32,000 nt of DNA from the NCBI GenBank assembly GCA_005191425.1, contig SUPR01000010.1:1-32000 (forward strand), written 5' to 3'. Below, one piece after another: positions 20,075 to 29,429 of the stretch. The notes under the pieces are model-generated. The model was not told the origin of the DNA and made no database searches. It worked only from the letters and a program-made list of their open reading frames with translations. Position 1 is the stretch's first letter. The number at the start of each line of letters is the position of its first letter. Made by a program: the position numbers and the translations under genes. The stretch is from Candidatus Helarchaeota ASGARD archaeon Hel_GB_B (GTDB taxonomy: Archaea > Asgardarchaeota > Lokiarchaeia > Helarchaeales > HEL-GB-B).

Positions 20075-20473
20075 ATGAATGAAGAGCCAGAAAAAAAAGA
20101 TTTCTTAACTGGACTTTTAGATAATGCAAAAGAATTCGTTGATGGAGTCACAAGACAAGTCCAAGATGTTATTGATAATTTGTTAGGCACTAAAAAAGAA
20201 GAAGGAAAAGAACCTGAAGGAATTAGCAAAATAATTAGTGATATTTGTAATGGTATTAGAGATTTACTTGGATTAAAGGGAGAAGAAGGTGAAGGGGAGA
20301 GTGAAGAAGAAGAACCTAGTGGTATTCTAAAAATAATCAAGGATATACGAAAAAATATTCAAGAAATTTTAGGACTAGAAGGCGGTTTTAATTTAGAAGA
20401 AAAAATCCGAGATATTAGAAATCAAATTAGAGAAATTTTAGGTATGGAGCCTCTTCCAGAAGAAGAGGTTTAA
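20075..20473 (+). CDS. Acidic protein with repeated amphipathic helices
   Basis: Internal repeats IISDICNGIRDLLGL / IIKDIRKNIQEILGL / KIRDIRNQIREILGM separated by Glu/Gly-rich linkers. Confidence 0.65.
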   Translation: MNEEPEKKDFLTGLLDNAKEFVDGVTRQVQDVIDNLLGTKKEEGKEPEGISKIISDICNGIRDLLGLKGEEGEGESEEEEPSGILKIIKDIRKNIQEILGLEGGFNLEEKIRDIRNQIREILGMEPLPEEEV

Positions 20474-20514
20474 AAAAAGATCATTTATATTTTTTTATTT
20501 TAAATCTAATTCGT

Positions 20515-21618
20515 TTAGTTTTCTAAATTTTTCTTAAAAAATTGATGAAATTCTTTTGGAAGTAATTTCCAATCCAGATCTTTTTTCAAAAATGGGTCAT
20601 ATGGTCTACTATTATATGTATTCCAGAATAAAATTGTTTTATTCTTCAAATTTTCTTTTTCAGAGTAATCTAATAAACCTGCAAAAGTTTTACCGGTATA
20701 TGTTGTGTCTAACTTTATATTTTCTAATTCTTTAACAATATCAACAGCTTCTTTTCCGTCTTTTGTAACATAGCCATATTCTTTTCCCATATAATCTGTT
20801 AAAATTTTTCTTTTCTTTAATTTAATATGATCAATTTTATTATTAGTATAAGCTTTTAATAATTTAAGAGTTTTTAAAGCATTTTTATGCTGAGAATAAG
20901 CACTACACCCAAACCATAGGATTTTCATAGCAACTTGGACACCTATTAAGTCGATGTCGGATAATCCTGCTAAATTTAAGCCGACATCTAGTCCTGCCAT
21001 TGTACCAACTGACCCCAATGTAACAAATATTATATCAGGTTTAGGAATTTCTCCAGCATCAATTTGTTCTTTTAACTCAAAAGCCGCATTGACATGCCCC
21101 AAATTTGTTATTGGATCTGTTCCCCCAGCCCATAATTTATAACCACCTTTAAAATTTCTAAAATAATAATTATAAGCCATTCCAAGTAGCCCTCCGCCAT
21201 ATATTAACTCACAATCAAGAGAATAGAACATTTTTAGTTTCTTTTGTACATCTAAAGTTAATGGCTGCTTCATTAAAATTAGTGATACATTAATATCTTT
21301 AATACCATTATACTTTTTTTTAGCAAAAATTGCTGTAGCTAAACAATGATTTGACCCAATTCCACCTATAGTAATAACTCTTTCATAATTTTCATGAATA
21401 AGTTTTCCAAAAGTATATTCTAATTTTCGAGGCTTATTACCACCATAAATTTCTGTTGTTAAATCATCTCTTTTCATATATAGATCAGAAAATCCAAACT
21501 TTTCTTCAATTTTTTCCAATTTGGTTATAGGTGTGGGATTATTTAATAATGGAATCCAAGGAATTTTTTCCTCCAATTCGGGGAATTTTTCGAATACATA
21601 ATTTATTGATTTTGTCAT
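20515..21618 (-). CDS. PLP-dependent D-cysteine desulfhydrase / ACC deaminase family enzyme
   Basis: PTPITKL, MKRDDL...GGNKPRKLE (PLP lysine), GGIGSNH, GSVGTMAGL, LDTTYTGK, LFWNT. Confidence 0.88.
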   Translation of the reverse strand: MTKSINYVFEKFPELEEKIPWIPLLNNPTPITKLEKIEEKFGFSDLYMKRDDLTTEIYGGNKPRKLEYTFGKLIHENYERVITIGGIGSNHCLATAIFAKKKYNGIKDINVSLILMKQPLTLDVQKKLKMFYSLDCELIYGGGLLGMAYNYYFRNFKGGYKLWAGGTDPITNLGHVNAAFELKEQIDAGEIPKPDIIFVTLGSVGTMAGLDVGLNLAGLSDIDLIGVQVAMKILWFGCSAYSQHKNALKTLKLLKAYTNNKIDHIKLKKRKILTDYMGKEYGYVTKDGKEAVDIVKELENIKLDTTYTGKTFAGLLDYSEKENLKNKTILFWNTYNSRPYDPFLKKDLDWKLLPKEFHQFFKKNLEN

Positions 21619-22430
21619 TTTTTTACCTCAAATTTGTGAACCACTATTAATTAATGTAATATGTTGCTAATTATATGTTATCTTAAATTGATTAAAATCA
21701 TTTGGACAGATAATTTAGGTAATAATTCTAAAATGTTCAATAGAGATTTAAAAGTTTTTAACTAAAATCTTTTGTGGGAAAAAATATGCGTTTTATTATT
21801 TTTAATTTAATGAGAAAAAATGTGATATATTAATCTTTAGAGCATTTGAATTTTCTGATTAACATATTAAAATTAGAAAAAAATTACATTTTTAAATATT
21901 TGATAATTTTTATTTCATTTGGGCTGAAACACTACACTACTAACTAATTAAACAATTTTTCCTGAATTTTACCAGCATTGTATTAATTCTATATTTTTTA
22001 GAAGTGTTATTTTAACTTTAATTAACCAATTATATCTTGAATATTCTTATGATTCCAAGGATTAATTTCTACTAATATAATTATTATTGAGTTATATATA
22101 AGAATCTCTAATTATTAATTGTTTTGTTATTGCTTTTATATTAAAGATGAGTTACTTTAATTTGATGTTAATATTATCCAAATCTATCAAAAGGTGGGAA
22201 TAGCCACAATGGTGATTTTTTGAAAAATTCTTAGATATAAAACTATGACCTAAAAAGCATGGAAAAAAGAAAAAAATAATATAACATTATTCAATAAAAG
22301 TTATTTGTAAAAAGTTCGTATTAGTATGTCAATTTATTTTTAAAAAAAGAATTTATTTGAGATTATGATTACCAGATTTTTAATAAAACTAAAAAAAGTT
22401 ATATTTAAACACAATTTAGGGATCTAAATA

Positions 22431-23195
22431 ATGCGAAATTTAATCATTTTTATGGGAATACCATCATCTGGAAAAACTACATTAGCAAATTTATTAGCAA
22501 AAAGGATTGAATTAAAATTTAACAAAAAAACAATGGTAATTGGGTCAGATCAAATAAGAAAAATGATCCCAATTTTGTCAGAGAAATTTTTACCCGATAG
22601 AGAAGAAATGGTGAGGACTCTAACACTTAAATTTATAGATTATGCTTTAGATTATAATGATGTTGTTATAAATGATGATATGAATTATTATAAATCAATG
22701 AGACATGATTTTTATAAAATTGCCTTAAAAAAGAACTGTAACTTTTTTCTAATAATGTTTAAAATAGATTTAGAACGCGCATTAGAATGGAATATTAAAC
22801 GAGGTATTCCTATACCCCAAGAATTAATAAAAAATGTATCAAAAAAATTCGACCCCCCTAGTGATTATTTGTGGGATCGCCCAATATTTGTAGTAAATAA
22901 TCGCGGCGAAAATCTCGAAGAAAATGTAGATAAAATACTCACGCTTCTTCAAGATAAATTAGACATTAATTTAATTGAAAAAAATAAAAAAATTAAAAAT
23001 ACACCAGGAAAGTCCGAATATTATGATAAATTGACAAGAAAAATAGTTTCTGAACTAATCCAAAAACCTGAATTTATTGATAAAAGAGAAAATATATTAA
23101 ATTTACGGAAATCTATATTAATAGAATCAATAGATAAAGATTTTGATGAACAAAAAATTAGGACTTTATTTATTAAAAAAATCAATGAACTATAA
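22431..23195 (+). CDS. pstK: L-seryl-tRNA(Sec) kinase (PSTK), archaeal type
   Basis: Walker A GIPSSGKT, GSDQIR, DDMNYYKSMR, RGIPIP, KFDPPSDYLWDRP. The C-terminal helical domain (DKLTRKIVSELI...LRK) resembles methanococcal PSTK. Confidence 0.9.
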   Translation: MRNLIIFMGIPSSGKTTLANLLAKRIELKFNKKTMVIGSDQIRKMIPILSEKFLPDREEMVRTLTLKFIDYALDYNDVVINDDMNYYKSMRHDFYKIALKKNCNFFLIMFKIDLERALEWNIKRGIPIPQELIKNVSKKFDPPSDYLWDRPIFVVNNRGENLEENVDKILTLLQDKLDINLIEKNKKIKNTPGKSEYYDKLTRKIVSELIQKPEFIDKRENILNLRKSILIESIDKDFDEQKIRTLFIKKINEL

Positions 23196-23198
23196 TAA

Positions 23199-24218
23199 CT
23201 ATTTTGGTGTAATATATTCTTTTTGAACACCCGAACCAATAATAATTCTATAATATTTTTTTGATTGCTTTAAATTCTTTACTTTTTCTAACATACCAAA
23301 TCCTTTTATATAAGAACCTTCATTTGCTATGTTCCTATATTCTCCAATCATTGATACTACTTCTACTATCTTATTCTCATCAATATCTAATTTTTTATTT
23401 AGTTTTACATTGCTTACTTTATAAATAGCTGGCCTAAATACAGATTCAGTATTATTTATTATTTGACAACTAAATTTTACTCCTATAATATGTTTAAATT
23501 GGAATGTATCATAATTATTTTTTGTCTCTTTTAAAGTCCTAATTGCATTAAAAACAAAATCAGTTTCCTTATATTTTCCCCGGTTTAACCGGTATTTATC
23601 TGTTTGAATTTTTACATTGTAAGTGATAATTTTTTTATCTACAAGTTCTTTTACAGTCTGTTTAACTTTAAAATAATTATCACTGCCATAAATAGCAATA
23701 TCTACATCACTTTGTTCTGAATGCATTTGATAGGAAGTAGATCCATGAATACCAAACGATTCAAGCGGTACATTTGAGTTATAAGAGAGTAATTTTATCA
23801 ATTCAATTGCAATAGATTCATGTTTGTCCAAGATTTCCTTTTTTAATAATCTTTTAAACTGTAAATCAGGTGTAAAAATTTTTTTAATATTTGAATATGG
23901 GACAACTATTATTTCTTTTTGAAGATGACTAGAATAATCTACATAATTGGGGAAGTGATTTTTGAAGACATTAATTATTTCATTAAAAATTTCTGGACTA
24001 TATAACTCTTTAGGACGTCTCATTATGACGTTTTTAAATTTCCATTTATGTTCTATATAGGGTAAATTAAATAATTTTATTAAATTTTCAGGGATATATT
24101 TTAAATATGAAATAACCTTATCTTTAGGGTGGTCATAGCCAAAAGTATACATTATAAAATTGTCTGTGGTTAAAATAACATCGCCATCTCTTGATATCCA
24201 ATTTTTAGGAATTGCCAT
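23199..24218 (-). CDS. Archaeal Pol-beta-fold nucleotidyltransferase (COG1665-like)
   Basis: RDGDVILT...FGYDHP...YLKY N-terminus and GIHGS...SDVDIAIYG catalytic signature. Convergent with pstK, stops 3 bp apart. Confidence 0.75.
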   Translation of the reverse strand: MAIPKNWISRDGDVILTTDNFIMYTFGYDHPKDKVISYLKYIPENLIKLFNLPYIEHKWKFKNVIMRRPKELYSPEIFNEIINVFKNHFPNYVDYSSHLQKEIIVVPYSNIKKIFTPDLQFKRLLKKEILDKHESIAIELIKLLSYNSNVPLESFGIHGSTSYQMHSEQSDVDIAIYGSDNYFKVKQTVKELVDKKIITYNVKIQTDKYRLNRGKYKETDFVFNAIRTLKETKNNYDTFQFKHIIGVKFSCQIINNTESVFRPAIYKVSNVKLNKKLDIDENKIVEVVSMIGEYRNIANEGSYIKGFGMLEKVKNLKQSKKYYRIIIGSGVQKEYITPK

Positions 24219-24324
24219 ATTCTTAAGATATAAATTAAATATAAAAAATTAAGTATGATAATAAAAGACAATAGTTATTTATAGAAATTCATCATTTAAA
24301 CAATTCAATTAATGAGGTAATTTA

Positions 24325-24768
24325 ATGTCAAATATAACACAATTATTATCTGCTTATATGGATAATATTATCCAATTGCTCCAAAGTTTAGTAAAATCGG
24401 TCCAAGAGAACAACCAATTAATACAGAAAAACCAACAACTTTTAATTGAGACAAATAATATAATAAAGAGTATATCCAATACAAACCCCGAAGGTTTAGC
24501 TGAAATGAGTAATTCACTCCAAGACATTGTTGGTCAACTACAGAAGGGTATTCAAGCATTTCAGTTAAATTCAATTATAGATGATATTAAAGATATAATG
24601 AAAAAAATCGGATATAAACCCAGTCATATAAAATCAGAAGAAGATTCTAAAGAAACTGAGATTCCAGCCTCAGAAATTACTCAGGAATTTAAGGCTGGTT
24701 TAAATACTACACCTAAAAAAGATGATGATGAAGATCATGTTATTAGACCATCAAGCTTTTTACAATGA
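24325..24768 (+). CDS. Hypothetical coiled-coil protein
   Basis: 147-aa ORF with heptad-patterned helices and an acidic, disordered tail. Confidence 0.65.
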   Translation: MSNITQLLSAYMDNIIQLLQSLVKSVQENNQLIQKNQQLLIETNNIIKSISNTNPEGLAEMSNSLQDIVGQLQKGIQAFQLNSIIDDIKDIMKKIGYKPSHIKSEEDSKETEIPASEITQEFKAGLNTTPKKDDDEDHVIRPSSFLQ

Positions 24769-24778
24769 AAATATCTTT

Positions 24779-25396
24779 TTATCGATATTTCATCATCATT
24801 TTTTTTCGTCTTCGTTGTTCTTCTAAAATTTCTTCCATTGTTTTTGTCTTGGCCCCTTTTTCATAATATATTGGTTTTTGCCCTTCCTGTTTGGTAGGTG
24901 TAAAGGAAGTGCCCTGAGTCTGCACAACTTTTTGCTCAGTTTGTAAAATACCTGAAATTTCTGGTTTTTTTGAATATACCTCTGAATTTAAAAAATCAAC
25001 AATTGAACTCAATCCAATTATTACTTGAACCAACTGTAAATCGGTTATTTTTTTGTCCAAAAGATCAATAATATTTGAAGATGATTCAAGAGATTTTTTA
25101 ACATCTGGAGATATATTTTTATTTATTTCAGATGAAATATCTTTCAATTTTAAAGCAATCCTTTTTACTATTTTTGAAAAAGCTTCTGATACATATTTTT
25201 TGTTATTTGCGCTCTCTTCAATCATATTTTGAACTTTAATGCCAACATCATTTATTGCATTTTGAACCGATTTTACATATCCTTGAATTGAATCAGTTAA
25301 TGCGCTAATAAGCGTCATTATTTCGTCAATTCGATCGTTTAATTCAGTAGTTACAGAAGTAATAAATGGAATTATTTCATTATTCATTATTTTCAC
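24779..25396 (-). CDS. Hypothetical coiled-coil protein
   Basis: 205-aa helical ORF. Its GTG start overlaps the TGA of the upstream gene. Confidence 0.65.
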   Translation of the reverse strand: MKIMNNEIIPFITSVTTELNDRIDEIMTLISALTDSIQGYVKSVQNAINDVGIKVQNMIEESANNKKYVSEAFSKIVKRIALKLKDISSEINKNISPDVKKSLESSSNIIDLLDKKITDLQLVQVIIGLSSIVDFLNSEVYSKKPEISGILQTEQKVVQTQGTSFTPTKQEGQKPIYYEKGAKTKTMEEILEEQRRRKKMMMKYR

Positions 25397-25782
25397 TCAA
25401 TTTTTGATATAAAATTTTTAATCTTAACCAATTCGGCATTCAAAATTTCTGGGTCAACAATCTGTTCAATTGTATTAAAAATAGATTCTAATTTTAAACT
25501 AATATCACTTATTTTAGATGTCGGTAAATCCGAGAATTTGTTGATATTAGCATAGATTTCATTTAAAAGTTTAGTAGACCGCTCAAATTCTTTACTTGAA
25601 CTATCATTAATATTCTCATTAAACGCAACAATTTGTTTTGAAATTTTTGATAAATTATCAACAAGATTTTCGTTAATTTTTGAGAATTCAATAGTTAAAG
25701 CTTTAATAGATAATGTTAATTTATCTATTTTCTGTGAAATCGAGTCCAATTTTGCACCAATTGATTCAAAACTTTTGTCCAT
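25393..25782 (-). CDS. Hypothetical coiled-coil protein
   Basis: 129-aa ORF with heptad pattern throughout; 4-bp overlap with the next gene. Confidence 0.65.
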   Translation of the reverse strand: MDKSFESIGAKLDSISQKIDKLTLSIKALTIEFSKINENLVDNLSKISKQIVAFNENINDSSSKEFERSTKLLNEIYANINKFSDLPTSKISDISLKLESIFNTIEQIVDPEILNAELVKIKNFISKIE

Positions 25783-26667
25783 TTGATCTTTCCTCTAAAT
25801 AATTCTGATTTGTTTATTTAAATATGAAATTTTTATTAGTAAGTTTTAATATTCAGTATTTTAATTGGATTACGAATTTTTTAAACTTATGATTTTAATT
25901 ATCAATTTTTTATTCTTATAGTCTAATTTTATAATTTTTTAATAAATATTGAAAAAGAATTTGATTTTTAATCATCTGCCAATCTTTTTTATAAATATTC
26001 AATTAATTTTATAAAAAATAAAAAATTTTATGATAATAAGGTAAATAGATGGATTAACAATTGGAATCTGATATATATTTACCTTTTTAACTGGGTCAAT
26101 AGATCATTTTATTATAATATTTAAGCATTTCTTCGCAAAACATTAATATCTCTTTTTAAAACAGTAATAAGATCATTTATTTCCAAACTTTTCTCATATA
26201 AATATAAAAAATACAAAAAAAGCGCCATGGTAATTAAAAAAAAATATGTTTTCTCAAAGAGTTGAATTCTTAAAAATAATTACGAAATAATAAATAAGCA
26301 CCAAATTTTATTAAATTATTATATTAACATCGATTAATTTTATGCATATAAAGTATAAAACAACATATTTGGAATTCAATTATTGAAAAAATACAATTTT
26401 TTTATTATTTTTATACATAAGTTGTCTCATTGGTCAAAATTTTAATTTTCATTTTTAGAATCATTTAGGTTTTTAATATAACTTGTGAATTTTAATAAAA
26501 AAATTGTGAATAATATTTCATCAATATTTTAATTCACTACTTTCCAAGATTTAATATATCATTTTGAGAATATCTCTTGATAGGTCAACATCAAAAAAGC
26601 CAAACATTATAATAAAAAAAATTGTATAAATTAATGATAAAACTATCAATCTAAATTGTGATAATTT

Positions 26668-27438
26668 ATGAGCAGCAAGAAAAATACAATTTGTCCCTAT
26701 TGTGGAAGAAATATTCGTAAGACAGATAAATTTTGCCCATTTTGTGGGAAAAAGGTTATTGGAATTGAAAAAAATATAAAGAAAAAAGAGCAAAAAAGTC
26801 AAGAACCTGCTACAACTGTGGTAAAAGAACCTGAACCAGAAAAAGTACCAATTAAAGAAGAAGAAATTCCGGAAAATGTTTTATTTCAGTTGGAATTACG
26901 TTCAAAAATTGAATTGATAGATTCCAAACTTACAGAAATAAGAAATCAGATAGAACAGCTAGCTTTAAAGTTAACAGGTGATGATACGGAGGGAATAGAA
27001 GATGAAGTTAAGAAATTAGGCGAAAAAATTAATAAACTTAAAGAAGAAAAAAGGAGCTTAGAATCAGATTTGGTAGATTTACCATTTGAGGAGTTGCAAA
27101 AGAAAAAAGCAGATATAGAAAGTAGAATTGCAAAACTTCAAAATGCATTTTCTTTGGGAGAAGTTTCCGAAAGTGCTTATAAGAGGCTTCGCGAAGAATA
27201 TGAAGAAAAGACAAAATATTTAGAAAATAAATTTGCACAACAGAAAGTTAAAATCAATATATGGGTACGTAATATGCGACTTGAACGTGATAAAATGATT
27301 GAAAATTTGGAATTACTAAAAGCCAGACACATCGCAGGTGAATATTCAGATAGTGAATATGAAGAAAGAAGAGAAAAATTAAAAAATAATATTAGTAAAT
27401 TAGAAACAAACATTAAAATTTTAAATAAATATGTATAA
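26668..27438 (+). CDS. Zinc-ribbon plus CdvA-like coiled-coil protein
   Basis: CPYCG...FCPFCG zinc ribbon, long coiled coil, and two SHOCT/CdvA-like motifs (LGEVSESAYKRL; AGEYSDSEYEER). Confidence 0.7.
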   Translation: MSSKKNTICPYCGRNIRKTDKFCPFCGKKVIGIEKNIKKKEQKSQEPATTVVKEPEPEKVPIKEEEIPENVLFQLELRSKIELIDSKLTEIRNQIEQLALKLTGDDTEGIEDEVKKLGEKINKLKEEKRSLESDLVDLPFEELQKKKADIESRIAKLQNAFSLGEVSESAYKRLREEYEEKTKYLENKFAQQKVKINIWVRNMRLERDKMIENLELLKARHIAGEYSDSEYEERREKLKNNISKLETNIKILNKYV

Positions 27439-27553
27439 CTCTAATTTTTTAAAAAGTGATCAGAAAATTTTTGAAAAATATTTTTAATGGGTAAATCATT
27501 TATATAATTAATTAAGATTAAATGCAAATGATAAAGATGTTAAAAGTAAAACA

Positions 27554-27958
27554 TTGTCCAGAAAATCACAATTGGTGTATAAAATGCCACGATGGCCTAA
27601 ATATTGTACTCCACTTTGCAACCAGTTAAGATGTAGCAAAAAAGCAAAAGGTAGAATAATTCAACTAAAGAACAAAAAGGTCGTTGAATGTCTATTTGTA
27701 CCGGGGGATTACTGTACTGGTAGAAATTGTAATTATAGCTATTGTTTAAAAAGAAGTTTTCGTGATGATGGTAAGTGTGGTCAATGGGTTGCAATGCAAA
27801 ATAGAAATAAAATGATTGATGATGATCTCGATGAAAATATGGAAGACTATATAGAAGAGGACATTCCAGCCATTAAAAAGATCCAGAAAAAATATCCTCG
27901 ATTAAAGAGTAAAGCAATTAAAAAAATTAAAAATTATGACAGATATGATGATTTCTAA
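27554..27958 (+). CDS. Cys-rich archaeal hypothetical protein
   Basis: Eight cysteines (CTPLC..LRC...C...GDYCTGRNCNYSYC...DGKC) followed by an acidic/basic tail. Confidence 0.7.
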   Translation: MSRKSQLVYKMPRWPKYCTPLCNQLRCSKKAKGRIIQLKNKKVVECLFVPGDYCTGRNCNYSYCLKRSFRDDGKCGQWVAMQNRNKMIDDDLDENMEDYIEEDIPAIKKIQKKYPRLKSKAIKKIKNYDRYDDF

Positions 27959-28007
27959 ATTATTTCCTTTATTTTTCTTTTCATATCTTTAGTTGAAAAA
28001 TAATAAT

Positions 28008-28077
28008 GTGCTTCAATCCTGCATGGGTACATCATCAACAAATTGTGGTTTCAGATTCCGAGGAATATCATCAGCAC
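28008..28077 (-). ncRNA. Candidate box C/D guide sRNA
   Basis: Minus strand reads GTGC-TGATGA(C)-TATTCCTCGGAAT-CTGA(D')-AACCACAATTTG-TTGATGA(C')-TGTACCCATGCAGGA-TTGA(D variant)-AGCAC. Terminal complementarity GTGCT/AGCAC. It is a GC-enriched island in an AT-rich spacer. Confidence 0.65.
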
Positions 28078-28142
28078 CTAGTTAATTTAATAAAATTTTA
28101 TTTTTATAATTATTCTAACCTTAATTTTATAAATATGATAAG

Positions 28143-28907
28143 ATGATTTTAATGCGTTTAATTGATAGCCATTGCCATTTGGACTATAATAGAAATAGAA
28201 AAGACATTGATGAGGTTATTTCTAGAGCTAAAAGCAATAATCTTGTTGCAATTATCACATGTACAATTGATAAGAAAATTGACCAAGTAAAATTATTGAT
28301 TAAAAAGTATAATAACTATGTATTCCATTCACTTGGGCTTCATCCTCCTGGATATACCAAAGAGTCAGTTAAATATATAAAAAAACTAATTCTTGAAAAC
28401 TCAAATTCAATTGTCTCAATTGGAGAAGTCGGACTTGATTACCATTGGGTAAAAAATGAAAAAGACAGAAAATATCAGGAAATTGCATTCCGGGAATTTA
28501 TTAAATTATCTAAAAAAATTAATAAACCAATTGTTGTGCATTCTAGAGAGGCTGAAAAAGAAGCTATAGATATCTTGGAGGATGAGAATGCTAGTAATGT
28601 TTTAATGCATTGTTATAGTGGTCCAGTAGAACTAGTAAAACGTATAATCAATAATAATTGGTTAATTTCAGTTCCTACTTCAGTTGTTAATCGTAAAATT
28701 CATCAGAAAATTGCAATTGAATGCCCACTTAAAAATATGGTCATTGAAACAGATTCACCCTTTCTTTCACCTGATAAAGAAAAAAATGAACCATATAAAG
28801 TTATTTTTGCAGCTAAAAAAATTTCGGAATTGAAAAAAATCGGTCTAAATAAAGTTGCAGATGAAACTACTGCAAACGCCATCAAATTTTATTCACTACC
28901 ATTATAA
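28143..28907 (+). CDS. TatD family hydrolase/nuclease
   Basis: DSHCHLD, GLHP, IGEVGLDY, VVHSREA, HCYSG, IETDSPFL. Confidence 0.92.
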   Translation: MILMRLIDSHCHLDYNRNRKDIDEVISRAKSNNLVAIITCTIDKKIDQVKLLIKKYNNYVFHSLGLHPPGYTKESVKYIKKLILENSNSIVSIGEVGLDYHWVKNEKDRKYQEIAFREFIKLSKKINKPIVVHSREAEKEAIDILEDENASNVLMHCYSGPVELVKRIINNNWLISVPTSVVNRKIHQKIAIECPLKNMVIETDSPFLSPDKEKNEPYKVIFAAKKISELKKIGLNKVADETTANAIKFYSLPL

Positions 28908-28923
28908 CCGTGGGAATTATTTC

Positions 28924-29340
28924 TTAATCGGTATTTTCAGCCAACTTTTTAACTCGATGGAAATGTCTTGCTATTGTAATAATATTATATGGAATTTCAA
29001 TTAATTCGCCTTTTTCGATGACCCAATGCGTTACTTTTAGATCGAATTTGAAATGACGAATAAGATCTTGACCTAATACTTGTAATTGAAAGCAATGTGG
29101 ACTTCCATCAATGGTTAAAATAGTCAAGTCTTTAATTTTTGAATATTTTATTATATTTGCAAGCTTATAACCTACTTGGTCCATATGATATGTTTCTAAA
29201 CATATATGTAATGGTTCTCTCTCTTCTAAGAATTTATTTAGAATTTTAGGATATCTATCTTCGATACAAGTCCCATACAACAATATTTTTTTATTTTGAA
29301 GTCTTTTTGCACCCACATTGGTTTCTAACAAATGCTTCAT
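28924..29340 (-). CDS. Small Cys-containing protein resembling the C-terminal domain of archaeal ferredoxin-associated proteins
   Basis: YGTC, HICLE...YKLANII...TIDGSPHC pattern. Family assignment is from memory only. Confidence 0.55.
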   Translation of the reverse strand: MKHLLETNVGAKRLQNKKILLYGTCIEDRYPKILNKFLEEREPLHICLETYHMDQVGYKLANIIKYSKIKDLTILTIDGSPHCFQLQVLGQDLIRHFKFDLKVTHWVIEKGELIEIPYNIITIARHFHRVKKLAENTD

Positions 29341-29429
29341 TTTTTATACCATCTTTTATAATTAAAAATTAAGTATCTAAATATTTTTAATTTAGTGAAT
29401 ATAAAAAATATTAGTTTTTGTGATAGAAA

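Noticed and set aside
28008-28077. Interpretation as a SECIS element
   Set aside because: It has two full C-like boxes rather than a single SECIS core, and no co-oriented UGA-containing gene lies directly upstream.
4335-28885. Short ORF-track entries antisense to or nested in confident genes (e.g. 4335-4661, 5132-5356, 5702-5998, 10904-11245, 13304-13702, 27177-27413)
   Set aside because: Shadow frames of well-supported genes with no independent motifs.
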